The notes beneath the pieces are model-generated. The model saw only the letters and a list, made by a program, of their open reading frames with translations, was not told the DNA's origin and searched no databases. This document shows, in pieces, positions 50,706 to 62,726 of a DNA stretch of 64,000 nt (the first letter of the stretch is position 1; every line of letters starts with the position of its first letter). Made by a program: the position numbers and the translations under genes. Source of the DNA: Botryllus schlosseri (lineage: Eukaryota); the NCBI GenBank assembly GCA_051294905.1, contig CM119371.1:15006001-15070000 (forward strand), read 5' to 3'.

Positions 50706-51894
50706 TTAACGTATCTATTTCAATGAGGTTGACTAATTTCCAGGTAATCCGTGCCATCTCTGTTATTTTCGTTCACTGGCGATGTATTCATCCTAATCCC
50801 ACCATAGGCCGTTGTCAAGATCAAAACAAGTGAAAAAGACATTCCTGCCAATTCAGGCATATACCTTGAACGCGATGTTTGGTCATGTCGGTGTGACGAA
50901 ATTGGTCACCGTAAATACTATTATTTCAAAAATGAGGAAAATTTCAATTTGACTGTCTTAAGCTTCTACTGGTTGAAATTGAGTCAAATCTGGATAAAAA
51001 CGTTTTTTTTAGGTAGCCTGACGATTTGACTATCAAGCGCATGAATGAAGTTTCACAAAAAGAGTTTGTTAACACCCATAATGTTCACGGAAACCTCTTT
51101 TCTGTAAAGTAGGGATGTCAAACACACTATGGATCGCGGCTCGAATTCAAACCTTGTATCGCTTGCGGACCGGATAGGCATATGGCGCCAAAGCCTTGGC
51201 GCCAAAGCCTTACCTCCAAATCCATACATTTGAAGTTAAGTGGAATGCTCCAATATTAACCTTGTACATGATCCATGATATTACGAATGATAGGAGTAGG
51301 GCTCTATTTTAGAAATACCTATATACAAACTAAACAATGAATTTGGCAAAATACAACGGTTGATCGAAAGGATATTTAGATACAGATACACTAAAACAGT
51401 AGTTCTGAACTGCTTGACATGACGATATATGTTGGCCTATTTCAATCATGGGGTGACGTGGTGTCGGACGTCCGAATGCGTTGTGAGGAGTATAAGATCA
51501 TCAACGGTAAACTCGAACTCTTCGAATATAGTCCTTCGCGATTCGTGTTTCCACGGATACTATCTTGTGTCACAACTTCAGAACGGTTATTGAAGCTCCG
51601 CATTGAACCAACTCGCCACACTAAGTAAAGTGGGAGATTGAAGAAATTATATCTATCGCAACGAAATCCTACGACCAATTCGGTGATATGTAGCTTAGTT
51701 ACCGATGTGGAATTTATATCCCGCATCGTTCCGGATGTAATAGGACGATTCTTTCAGTGCGAACGCAATTTCGTATTGATTGCTGTTAAGTAGGTTAACA
51801 CCAGGGGTCTCTGAGATATAAACGAATTATACGATCGCTGTGATTTACTATATGTGAAGCACTGAAGTATAGAATACAACAGCGATGAAGTCAG

Positions 51895-52182
51895 TGTTTG
51901 TATGTGGGGTTTATGGTGCTTATCGACTATATCGTCATTTACACCAGGCCGATACTCTTCATTTTTATGCTGTAGCACACAAACCTCCAGCACTTCGGTA
52001 GTAATTTCGGTAGCAGCCGACTGCTAGCATGTCCCACTTCTAGGCTTTTATAAGACACCGTCCATACGCGAGTGAAATTGCGAGGCGGAGCCTACATAAA
52101 TTTCCAGAACTTCGGTCGGACTCGAACCCGCAACCCAATGGTGTTGCAGCTGTGGATTATACCATTACGCCATCTCGCCACC
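51895..52182 (-). mobile_element. tRNA-derived SINE
   Basis: Minus-strand head GGTGGCGAGA-TGGCGTAATGG (A box)...GGTTCGAGTCC (B box); 3' part TATCGGCCTGGTGTAAATG also at ~28935-28950. Confidence 0.7.
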
Positions 52183-52749
52183 TAAACTAAAACAGCAGGG
52201 ATCCGCCGTGAATTATGTCAAGCACTGAAGCATGAATTACTACTGCAAAGAGTCTGTGAATCACAAGTAAGACCGTGGCTCGGAGTAAATCTGGGAAACC
52301 AGTGGTCGTGTTTTACAATTACTCACTTGGTTGAATTTACAATCGTTGGCGATGAATCTCGCAAGTGTCGGAGACAATCTCTCAAGTAGATTAAGTCGAA
52401 ATGTAAGCAGTCGATGGAAAACGAAGGGAAGAACAGATGTTAGGTCTCCGGATGATATGTGAACGCGTTCTGAACGAGTAGTACATAAAATGAAATCTGG
52501 ATTGTAACCGGGATTGCGCAATATTCTGCTCCAAAAGAAGTATAATAAGTCTAACTGGTGTGCCAGTCGGTCTTTAATTGAATACGGACTGGAACGATTG
52601 AGGTTTAGATTGGGATGATAAGCAAAAATATACAAATGACGACCGTGTAATTCCTACAGGTCCGTCTCAGCTGTTTGGTCGCTCTATGAGTCTAATGGGT
52701 TCTCTCGTTGTCGTTGCTTGAGAGCAGAGAATAGTGTTAGATGCTAAAA

Positions 52750-54586
52750 ATACATTATTGTTTCTGACGTAGGCCTACTTCTATATGGGTTGTTTGACTA
52801 TCTTCTTACCCTTTCTTCAGCTGTTTTAGTACGTAAGTGATATTTTAAGCATTGTGGCCACAATTGGGGAACCAGTATCAGGAATTGAACTTTATTTAAA
52901 AGACTCGGAAGTCAGTGCCACAGTAGATTGCAGGAAGTGGCGAGCAGAGATTGTAGTACTAATGCCAAAATTGTCCACGCCATTACACGTAGAAGTAGCG
53001 ATTTTCAATATATTCACAAGTTACAGCGAAAGTAGGAAATGAAAGGTCATAAAAGTGATCATGTTAAATAGTTTCAAAGAGTTGATTTGATTTCGGGATA
53101 GCCTACTGTTACCAATAGCCTACATCCGTCATAGCTACTTTCGAAATTCCAAAACGCATTTACATGTAAACTTGCACTCGCACTGGATTCGGAATGTGAA
53201 CTTTAAATGACCTGAATTGAGTCGAATCAAAACTATAAAAGTAAGATGACCTTGGGAGTTTGGACTTTGAGACTTGGCAGCAACGCTGCTTCGAATTTAT
53301 ATTTGTTTACCTTGATCTATGGGATAATTTGAGCGGTCTTTATGGAAATTTAAGTGGTAAATGTGATGCAAACTTGTCTTAAAACTACTACGGTTCAAAG
53401 TACATGGAACATTGCTTCTCAACTTGTGAAGCGCGCCCCCTTTAGGGGCGTGAAAGCATCGGACGGGCAGCGAGAAGTTGCCTAAGAAAAATGAGGTTGA
53501 TGAGTTCGCAATGAGCTTGATTTGTGCTGAAACTTTCAAGTTTCAACGGCGGCAATAATCCGAAATATATTGCGATTTTAAATGCTATAGTAGCGTCTTA
53601 TACTATCCATACACCGATGATGCTAGATAATAGTGGCTGCTGACTGACTGTTACTGATCAGAAGTTGTTTCTGAATTGGGATTAGCTGGTGAATGCGCGT
53701 AGGTTGCTGACGTTGTTTGTTAAAAGATAATTTGGCGCTTATCATCACTTGTTGGTCTTTTGCAACATGGTCAATAAGGCCGTACGGAATGAAAATATCT
53801 GGTAAAGAATTATCAACTGAAAGCAAGTGTTCCTTTTATAAGCTCACTTTGACATTTACTGGCCTGTCATTACAAAAGCGATGCTTGTGCATTCGCTGGT
53901 TCATAAATTCTGCCATTCATCACAGATTAGCGTTTCGGTAGGTCAATCTGAGATTTGGAAGAAATGCTTGGTTATCATTAGAAAAGATTGTCTTGAGGTT
54001 GCATGGACTGGACATAGCATTTAATCGAAATTGCTCGGAAGCTATATTCGAAGCTTCAACGACCTCATCTGCAAAATATGACAGCAGCGAAATACAACGC
54101 ATTTTCACAAAACCATCAACCTAATTTCTCGGAAAACATTGGCGTATAGTCAGCGATGAGCAAGTAGACAGTTTCCCCCAATATCTGAAGGTGATGGAGA
54201 AAAGATACAAGTGCAGATTGGAGCTTACATATGTTAGCTGACTATTGCTCGAGTATCAAGCGAGACAACCCACTAAATTAGAAGCTATTAGAATAAATTT
54301 GTACCGTGAAACTAGCACTTCATTTTTTCTTCTAAAGCCATGTCAGTTTAAATCAACCAACTAGAGTAGTACCGATACTTATTCAAACACTATTGAGTTA
54401 GTTTAGTTTGCTGGTGGTTCTTGAAATATTAGAAGAGGTGATTTTATGTGGATTATGAGACAATGTGGCGGGTGCCTAACCCTAAAACTTGATGTGATAG
54501 GGAAAAACCGAAGTCTTGAATTCAGCGCCCAAACCTTAGTCGAAAAGAGCTGTTAAATTGAAGTCAATAAAATGTGTTGCCCAGTG
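52750..54586 (+). mobile_element. Highly decayed Chapaev3-like (CMC) DNA transposon
   Basis: Across frameshifts 54124-54270 reads FSENIG.VSDEQVDSFPQYLKVMEKRYKCRWSLHMLADYCSSIKRD (cf. SDEQGERFHQDxKxMExRYQGxWxxxMxADYCW); upstream NAWLSLEKIV; right end TGTTGCCCAGTG at 54586. Confidence 0.65.
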
Positions 54587-54984
54587 CTGCGTATCAACTG
54601 AGATGGTTATTACGCGGTTCGCTCGTTTTGATTCCAGCTCATAATTATAGCTATATGTATGGTCCACATTTCATATCCGAGATGTCTATCGACAGTGATA
54701 ACTTTCCATGCCATCAAAACACGCGTTGGGATTGCATACATTCTGGTTGCTGTTTTTGATATGACGATCAGGGGGCGTGAAATTTCTCAATATCATCAAG
54801 GCGGCGTGTCGATAAAAGTTTGAAAACCACTGCTTCCATGACGTAAAACGTACCTGATTTGTCCAAAAAATCAATTTCCATTTGACATTGTCGAAATCAC
54901 AACTAGCCTACATTATGAGATAGTGCAAGTAGACATAACCTACGTGTGTATCCTACTATCAACCAGTTTTATTTATATTTTCAT

Positions 54985-55510
54985 CGTTTCGAAACATATT
55001 AAAACTGCGATACAATGAAAAGATAGGAAGGTTTCGAAGCGACTTGGATTAGTCTTTAAGATCAGACACCCACCTTGGCTGAGAGGCGAAGTAATGCAGA
55101 GAACATAAAACGCCAGCGTCAAAATGAGGTTGCATGTGGCGGAAGGCGAGGTCGATGTTAGGACGTGGTCCGGTAATCCTGACGGCTGGCTAGTATACAT
55201 TAGACGAAGTTGCTTGTATTTCGAGTTGAATGCCGACATGCTCGACGACTGTCGGATAGCCGTAGAGATGCTGCTACACTATTCGGGTCCGGCATACGTG
55301 ATAGAGCAATGCGTTTTCTGATATTACGTCCTGATCATATCATAGTTGTTCTTCGTTGAAGAGCGTGTGCTGTACTTGTGCACTTTCGACTCCGAAGTGA
55401 AGTAGTCGTTGAAATCTAAGGGAACATGGCCGCAATGGAACTGATAAATAAACTTGGAAATTTCTAGCTTCCTCATCTCGTCTATTATGTTTAGAACGCC
55501 GAATCTTTTG
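54985..55510 (-). mobile_element. CR1/L2-group LINE 3' fragment (ORF2 end plus 3' UTR)
   Basis: LKRFGVLNIIDEMRKLEISKFIYQFHCGHVPLDFNDYFTSESKVHKYSTRSSTKNNY...SITYAGP...AFNSKYKQL. Confidence 0.8.
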
Positions 55511-55554
55511 AGTTGAGGTTTAATCGCCGGTCTAAAGTAAGGTTAAGGACTGGC

Positions 55555-55680
55555 CAGGTGGCCTAGGCCAGGTGGTTGTCTGATCTCAAAGACCAATCCA
55601 AGTCGTTTCGACACTGACCCATCTTTTCAATGTATCGCACTTTTGTGGTGTTATGAAATGTTGAAATTGTAATAATCAAA
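55555..55680 (+). mobile_element. Short 3' UTR fragment of the same LINE family
   Basis: GCCTAGGCCAGGTGGTTGTCTGATCTCAAAGAC...TCCAAGTCGTTTCGACAC...GAAATGTTGAAA. Confidence 0.75.
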
Positions 55681-55939
55681 TGAATTGAGTCTTCGATTCT
55701 GTTAGTAAAGGGTCTGGTGTCAGATTAGCTGTCAAGCTTATTACACTCTTTTAATCGGCTAAAATCCCAGTGTAATGTACTGGAGGTCAGAGTATACGTA
55801 TTCAGTAGGTATTGGAATCGCGAGGACTTCCGTTAATGATATATTTGGGAGCTATAACGATTCGCTCGGATTAATATTATGCCATTGTCTATTTCAGTCA
55901 TACAATATACCCATGCACTAGCACAAAACGAAAGTAGCG

Positions 55940-57544
55940 ATGGAGCTCGTCTACAAGAAGTCTCAATTGCACACTGGCAATCTGGTGTCAAATCTGAAAT
56001 CCAACGGTGATTTCTGTGACGTAACCATAAAATGCGGAGATTTCCAAGTTATGGCGCATAAGTGCGTGTTGGCCGCGTCAACAGAATATTTCAGACGGAT
56101 GCTATTGACCGACACGCACGAAGCCAAGGCCGGAATTGTAAACTTTTCAGCAATGCTACCAGAAATTGTGAAGCAGTTTGTCGATTTCATTTACTTGGGA
56201 TCTGTGGGGCTCTCCATGGCGACTGCCAGAGGCCTGATCGATGCGGCGGAAATGCTGCAGCTGTCTGAATTATCCGATCTCTGTGTTGAATTTCTGGCGG
56301 AAAACATTGATCTGGACAATTTTGCTGAAGTGATCGCCATGTCCTGTCTCTATAACAAGTCACTCCTGAATACGCCAATCAGGACATTTCTCGAGGTCAA
56401 CCTGAAAGCCGTGGTAAAGTCTGACGACTTCAAATCGTTCGATTACGAGGCGGTGGAATACTGCTACGATTTGATGCAAAGAGCCTCCAGCAAGACTGAA
56501 ACGTTAAAATGGTTTGGGTTGATGTTGTGGACGAATGCAGATCTACAGAAAAGAGAAACCCTATTTCACGACTTGTTTCAAAAGATCAATCTACAATGCC
56601 TTCCTAGGGATTTCGTTAAGAAACATATTTGTTCCGAGAATATCATTGACGGCTCCATGAAGAGCCTACAATACATCCGGAGATTTGTCGCCGACAAGTT
56701 GCCAATAGTCAAGGAGCGAATCGCGTCACCGAGTCACATAACGTCAATCAACCTATCGACCAGATTGGTTTATCAGTACGATTTGCGTGGCGAGGAGTGG
56801 ACAGTGGTAGGAGAGTTGCCATCCGCAACTCGCTGGCATCAATCTGTCGCGGAATATGACGGCGTACTCTACGTTGGGGACGGTGCGTCTCTGCATTCAT
56901 TTTCCGAGGCAGGGTGGAAGCGTCTACACCAAATAGAAGAGGAAGGCCGATACAACTCACATTACAACAGGATAGTATGCGCCGGACGATGGGTGATCAT
57001 GATCACCGCTTCTCGCACTGTCATCTTTGAGATTTTGTCAGGTGATGCGAATGAAGTGCGCCACCACAGGCTGGCAGAATTTACGGAGGGATTCTTCGTT
57101 TTGGGATCGGACGCGATGATTTACGTTCTCGGTGGAGTTGAACGAACAGTTCCGGCGGGAGAGAGGAAAACCGTCGTGCAATTGAAGATGGCGGAGAGGC
57201 GCTATGTTTCTGTGGCTTCTATGGCCATGGGCAGAGCGTACGGCGCTGCAATCCAGTACAAAGCCTACATGTACGCTATGGGAGGTCACTCGTGCACCGT
57301 TGAATTCCATAATACCCGGACAAGACAGTGGCAGATTTTGGGAGGTCGTGAAATACAATGCCGCAACGTCACGGTCCACCTAGCCGATAAGCTGTATATT
57401 TTCGGAGGCGCGCTGGGAGCGCAGGTCAGATCCTTAGAGCTTAGTCGGCTGGAAATCACCGCGAAAGATTTGCGACCTACCCGGCGCAGTGTTGGTGACA
57501 TGGACACATGCTGCGCGTCATACTGCAAGTACATCAAATTATAG
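55940..57544 (+). CDS. BTB-BACK-Kelch (KLHL-like) protein, 534 aa, intact single-exon CDS; probable Cul3 substrate adaptor
   Basis: BTB FCDVTIKCG..AHKCVLAASTEYF..VDFIYLG..AAEMLQL..LC; BACK; kelch blades LYVGDG, IYVLGG, MYAMGG, LYIFGG; uninterrupted ORF from ATG to TAG. Confidence 0.9.
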   Translation: MELVYKKSQLHTGNLVSNLKSNGDFCDVTIKCGDFQVMAHKCVLAASTEYFRRMLLTDTHEAKAGIVNFSAMLPEIVKQFVDFIYLGSVGLSMATARGLIDAAEMLQLSELSDLCVEFLAENIDLDNFAEVIAMSCLYNKSLLNTPIRTFLEVNLKAVVKSDDFKSFDYEAVEYCYDLMQRASSKTETLKWFGLMLWTNADLQKRETLFHDLFQKINLQCLPRDFVKKHICSENIIDGSMKSLQYIRRFVADKLPIVKERIASPSHITSINLSTRLVYQYDLRGEEWTVVGELPSATRWHQSVAEYDGVLYVGDGASLHSFSEAGWKRLHQIEEEGRYNSHYNRIVCAGRWVIMITASRTVIFEILSGDANEVRHHRLAEFTEGFFVLGSDAMIYVLGGVERTVPAGERKTVVQLKMAERRYVSVASMAMGRAYGAAIQYKAYMYAMGGHSCTVEFHNTRTRQWQILGGREIQCRNVTVHLADKLYIFGGALGAQVRSLELSRLEITAKDLRPTRRSVGDMDTCCASYCKYIKL

Positions 57545-58279
57545 CACTGCAGACCATTGTCCACTCCTTGAATCAGTTATTTAGTAGACGACTTCGTCCA
57601 TAGCGGAGCACTGCAATAACAAATAGATGTGTGTTATCATCGCATCATGTACATTGTACAGTACAATGAGCGAACATTGTCTTCGTAATCAGAGGTAGGC
57701 TATTGCTAACGAATTTCTACTAATTTTTCGGAGTACTCAAGAGAGTGATGCCTACTTGCACTGCTTACTCAAGTTGGTATTTTCAATATATCTGCTTCTT
57801 TCAAATCAGCATTTATTTCCAAAATCCGAAGCTCAGCTCTTATTAAACGCATCATTCCTAATTGATATCCCAATTGATATCCCATGCAGCATGTGCCATC
57901 TAGCTGTTTGGATTTTCACGGTTTATCTCATGTCAACGACAGTAGGTGTTACTGCAGCAATCTGAAGCATAATAAGTATAATTGTGCGTGGCGTAACTCT
58001 TCCTTCATATGTAATCGTCCGGCGTCGCCTCTTTATTATACCTGTCCGCATGCTGTTGGTTGCGTTGCGTATGTATGGTCCTTAGTTTTTCACTTGCGTG
58101 TATCCTCTGTTTGTTCTCTCTAACCTTATGGGACCACTATTCGAAAACCTAGTTTAGCGACTTAGGCTACTTCATTCGCTGAATTTAGGCCAGTCCTTCG
58201 TTTACGCCGTTTTTTTTAAATATATCATCCCTTATCAACGGCGTTTCAGTTTGCAAATCGGTCTTGGAGCATATGTTCA

Positions 58280-58735
58280 AGTTAAAAAGCCGACGTTTAT
58301 CATATATGGGATGGTTGGAGCCCTCAAAATATTCGGTTCAACAGCAATAGTACAGATATTTCGTCGAAGGAGCCATATCCAGTATCCTCACTATATTTCC
58401 AATTGTCAATGTTAATCAACCGCAGGGTTGTATTGCATCTCACCAGATTGGTCACTTGAAAGTATTTATAATTTTTCCAGCATTTCGAGTAGAAAGTGCA
58501 CCGTTAAGGTTGTTTTACACATTACGGGAATTTCTACTAGAAACAGTAGGTATCCGTCAGTAGGTATTGGAACCCCTCAAAATAGTCGGCTCAACAGTTA
58601 TAGTACAGATATTTCATCAAAGGAGCTATATTTACCCTATATTTTCAATTGTCAATGTCAATCCACATTGGCGACGTCAAGGGCATGTTGTAAATGTGCT
58701 CGCTTTAAATTTATTTTTGTTTCAAATGTAACCCT
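58280..58735 (+). mobile_element. Partial MITE family D with an internal duplication
   Basis: GGARCCCTCAAAATA..CGG.TCAACAG..ATAGTACAGATATTTC occurs twice (~58317, ~58569); ends AATGTAACCCTA. Confidence 0.65.
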
Positions 58736-59443
58736 AATTTATAGCAATAGGCATTTAGGCTCCAGTCAATACCGTGCCACGACACACCAAAAGACATATG
58801 CAATTTTGACCAACACGCGACTTCACGAAGTGTGCTACTAAAGAAAGACCTTGGCCGAAACATAGGGTATGTGTCCATTGTCAATAGCCGCGCTGGGTGG
58901 GCGTGACTAATAGTCCAGTCCTTCCAATCCGAGCCCACAATGCAAATGATACCCGGACACCCACAGAGGATTAAAGACATGACAATTTATGTGTGCGTCT
59001 CTCGAAAGTTTTTCTTTTAGTCTGTTACGTTAGGGATACAACAATATCTTTTGATTATATAACATACCGGAAATCACGAATTAACAACATACACTAAAGT
59101 AATTATAACAAGATAACAGACGTTATAATTATGAATTACGTGCCCCCAGCTCTACAGGTAAATCTGACCATCGGGGGCAGAGAGAGAGGAATTAAAATTA
59201 ATAATAATGTAATGCGATTACCAATATTATTCACGAAATTCAGTCTTCAACTTGAAATTATCACCCTATGGGGGCCAAAGACTAACGTTTGGACTGGGGG
59301 ACGAATAGCTGTTTTGGTCCTGATTCTAGCTACAATCCACGCTAACATGATATATAAGCCCATGGCTATGGCGGCAGGTCCCCCAATGTTGAGTAAAAAA
59401 TTATGAAATAACGATTAGCGCATGTTTCAAGTATAGTCATATG

Positions 59444-59962
59444 TAGGCTTACCATATTTTGGAAATGTAAAAAGAGGACACTTTTTCAGAAATTTGCAAT
59501 ATGCAAAACCGGAGTAGAATTCCCAAAAACCGGTGAATTTTTCCCACTTTGTGATCGGTTGACTAAAAAAAAAGGTCATCTCTTCCGCTCAGAGCTCAAA
59601 ATACCGTTTTTCTCTCCACATTGCCAGGTGGATGACTAAAAAAAAATAAAGGTCATCTCTTCCGCTCAGAGCTCAAAATACCGTTTTTCTCTCCACATTG
59701 CCAGGTGGATGACTAAAAAAAAAAGGTCATCTTTTCGCTCAGAGCTAAAATCACCGTTTTTCACTCCGAAATACCCGCCGGAGCTTCACTTCTGGGCTAA
59801 TTTGCGGCATATCACTTGCAATTTGCTTTAAATCTTACCTAAATTTTCTAAAAAGAGGACAAAATCTCAAAAAAGAGGACAAAAGGGCGTCCTCCGAGGA
59901 CACTTTCAAAAAAGTAAAAAAAGAGGACAAATCCTCTTAAAAGAGGACGTATGGTAAGCCTA
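59444..59962 (+). mobile_element. hAT (Blackjack-like) MITE with internal ~76-bp tandem repeats
   Basis: TIR TAGGCTTACCATA / TATGGTAAGCCTA; TSD GTCATATG; AAAAGAGGACA arrays; GACTAAAAAAA..GGTCATCT..CGCTCAGAGCT x3. Confidence 0.92.
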
Positions 59963-60523
59963 GTCATATGAGAATAAGATGAAGAAAACATAAGATTCCG
60001 CCTTAGATAGTGTACTGCAAGCTGCCGCTAAGAGAAACGGCAAAACGGCTCGCTTGTGATATATATCAAAAACTGTTGATTTTTAATGCTTCGTTGTGGA
60101 AACCGTAATGTTATATTTGACGAGTACAAAATTTCAAATCTCTGTCCGGTTAACGTATGTACTACATAGGCCTACTGCTCGCCAAGCAGCAACGGTCAAA
60201 CTGCGTTTGCATAACCAAACATCAATACACACGTTATTTGGTAGAGTGGTGATTAATTATCCTGCTCCGGGGTACTGGCGTGTGGAACGGGTTGATAACC
60301 TGATATACAGCACGGTGGGTGTTCTTACAATCGCACGAGTGTACGTGACGTACATCGAATATCTATTTACTGTGGATACTTCTTATGCAATGGCTAGCAT
60401 AGCTAATAGGCTACTTCTGACGTAATAATGAGCAATGGTATTTAAAAATCAGACATTTGTGTTATCATGAACCTGGTATAATACATCTTCCTTGTTCACG
60501 AATGTTCAGTTTATGTCATAGTC

Positions 60524-61451
60524 CAGTGGTCGGGAACCTTTTTGGTCGGAAGAGCCATATTGGCCATATTTTTTCCATCTCAACTCCCAAAGAGCCATAC
60601 ATGCCAATCAACTGTTACGTCACAATTGAAAACTCGTGACGTCATGGTAGCACTAACTCGAACTCACTACACGGGATTCCTCGTGTTCGCCATATCTTCT
60701 CGGTAAAACTGGTATTTATTGTTCGAAAATAAAGCTTGAAACGAGAGGTAAGGCGCAGACGGGCCAAGCCTCACCATTGATAACACAATTCATCAGAAGT
60801 AGCTTAGAATTTATTATAACTGATATTAATCGAATGTGACTGTCACACTGATTGCGAAAATCTAAATACTTATCGACATCTCAATTCTCCAAGTATTCGG
60901 CGGTAACATTAGGTTGCGCTACATGCCTACATTTCATCGCCGGTACTACACAGAGCTTTACTTATCAAACAAGAACGTGGATGGCTATGACGTTGTTTGT
61001 AATTCGAGTTTGTAATTGTCACATCTACAACAGTTCATTACGCGCCGTAGATAACGAAGACAATGCGTATTTAAAAACTGCGTTTTGAAATGGGCGTCGC
61101 CATGTCTGCTATGCTCTTTGATTAATCAACGTATCGCACAATTCCAGATTTCGAGTCGGGTAGCCTACATAGAATTCGCGACAGATATTGGCCGCCGGCG
61201 TGACAGTAACGTAAATTTGATGATTTTGAAAAGAGGGGGTCCGAGCCCCTAAACCGGAAGACGGCATTCTCTTTACCTCTCAAAGACATGTTACTGCCAC
61301 GAGAATAATTATTCTGACCGTGATGAAAATTTACCAACAAGTCGTTGCAATATTGATCAATTCAATACAAAAATAAATATTTGGCAAAGAGCCATATCTT
61401 ATACCCAAAAGAGCCATATATGGCTCGCGAGCCATAGGTTCCCGACCACTG
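60524..61451 (+). mobile_element. hAT (Buster-type) MITE
   Basis: TIR CAGTGGTCGGGAACCT / AGGTTCCCGACCACTG; TSD TCATAGTC; GAGCCATA repeats. Confidence 0.93.
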
Positions 61452-61735
61452 TCATAGTCCTTGTACAAATAATAAGTAATCGTTCTTTCACAAAGAAATC
61501 GATTAGATATGGGAAGTAGTCGATTACGATTACTTCGGATTTTTTTCGAATGTAATCGATTGCGATTACGATTAGTTGAAAATGATGTAATCGTCGTAAT
61601 AGATTACGATTACTAATCGCGATTACCCCATGTCTGCAGAGTAATATAAGCAGCGGTGCGATTAGATATATTTGAATTATATTCTTCGTGTAGCTATTAT
61701 TCCATATAACTGATGCTCACTGGCAGTCGTTACTA

Positions 61736-62001
61736 AGGGTTTCTACATGCGACATGCAACCAGAGTTCAAAGAACTCGTCAAAAATTCTGACTCACCACA
61801 GCTGAGTGATATTGTTAATAAATTCATTGAATACTGTTTTCATTCTCCATGCTTTTAACTTGAAGTTCATACATTAAATACGATTTATTCTTTGTATAGG
61901 TGGATAAACACGCGAATCATTTATATATTCTGTAATCCGGCCAGCCAAGTACTTCATTTTCCCATATCCGACCTGCAGACCGGAGAATTTGCCCGCCCCT
62001 G
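61736..62001 (+). mobile_element. Right portion of MITE family A
   Basis: Matches 14650-14900 and 29375-29508; ends TTGCCCGCCCCTG. Confidence 0.7.
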
Positions 62002-62392
62002 CCGTAGGGTGGGGGTTATGCAGCCAGTGACAAAAAGGTCCGAAGAATTTAAGTTTGTGTTGATTTTATTGACCTAAGCATAGTATCGAATTCAAGCATG
62101 ACTAAATAAAAGACCAAAATTCTATTGGCGTAGCAAGAAGTATGCGATTCTGAACTCTGAATAGCAGTGCAGCTGCTACAATTTTTTGATGGTGCTGCAG
62201 CGCCCCCTTGGGAATTACTTTTTTTGCGTAGGCTATGCTTTGAGTCGTCATTCGTGCAGTTTCAGTACGTCTCGCGTTTTTAACACAATATTAAAAGAAA
62301 CAGTCTCGGCTTAAGATTTTCATGAAACGCTAACTTTCATGAGCGTCAGTAAAAATCTTTCAGTTAAATATAATTAAATTACATACCATACA

Positions 62393-62726
62393 TAGGGTTA
62401 CCATACGTCCTCTTTTTTGACTTTTTTGAAAGTGTCCTAGGAGGACACGATTAGACTCGAAGTGACGCTCCGGCGGGTATTTGAGAATGAAAAACGGTGA
62501 TTTGAGCTCTGAGCGAAAAGTTGACTTTTTTTTCTAGTCAACCACCTAACAATGTGGAGAGAAAAATGGTATTTTGAGCATCGAGCGAAAAGTTGACCTT
62601 TTTTTAGTCAATCGATCACAAAGTGGGAAAAATTCACCGAATTTTGAGAATTCTTCACCGGTTTTGCAAGTCTCAAATTTCTAAAAAGGTGTCCTCTTTT
62701 GAGATTTCCAAAATATGGTAAGCCGA
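62393..62726 (-). mobile_element. Shorter inverted relative of 59444-59962
   Basis: Ends TAGGGTTACCATAC / TATGGTAAGCCGA; fewer internal repeat units. Confidence 0.8.

Noticed and set aside
52105..52182. Functional tRNA gene
   Set aside because: A/B boxes present but no convincing acceptor or anticodon stems; continues into a repeated body, so treated as a SINE head
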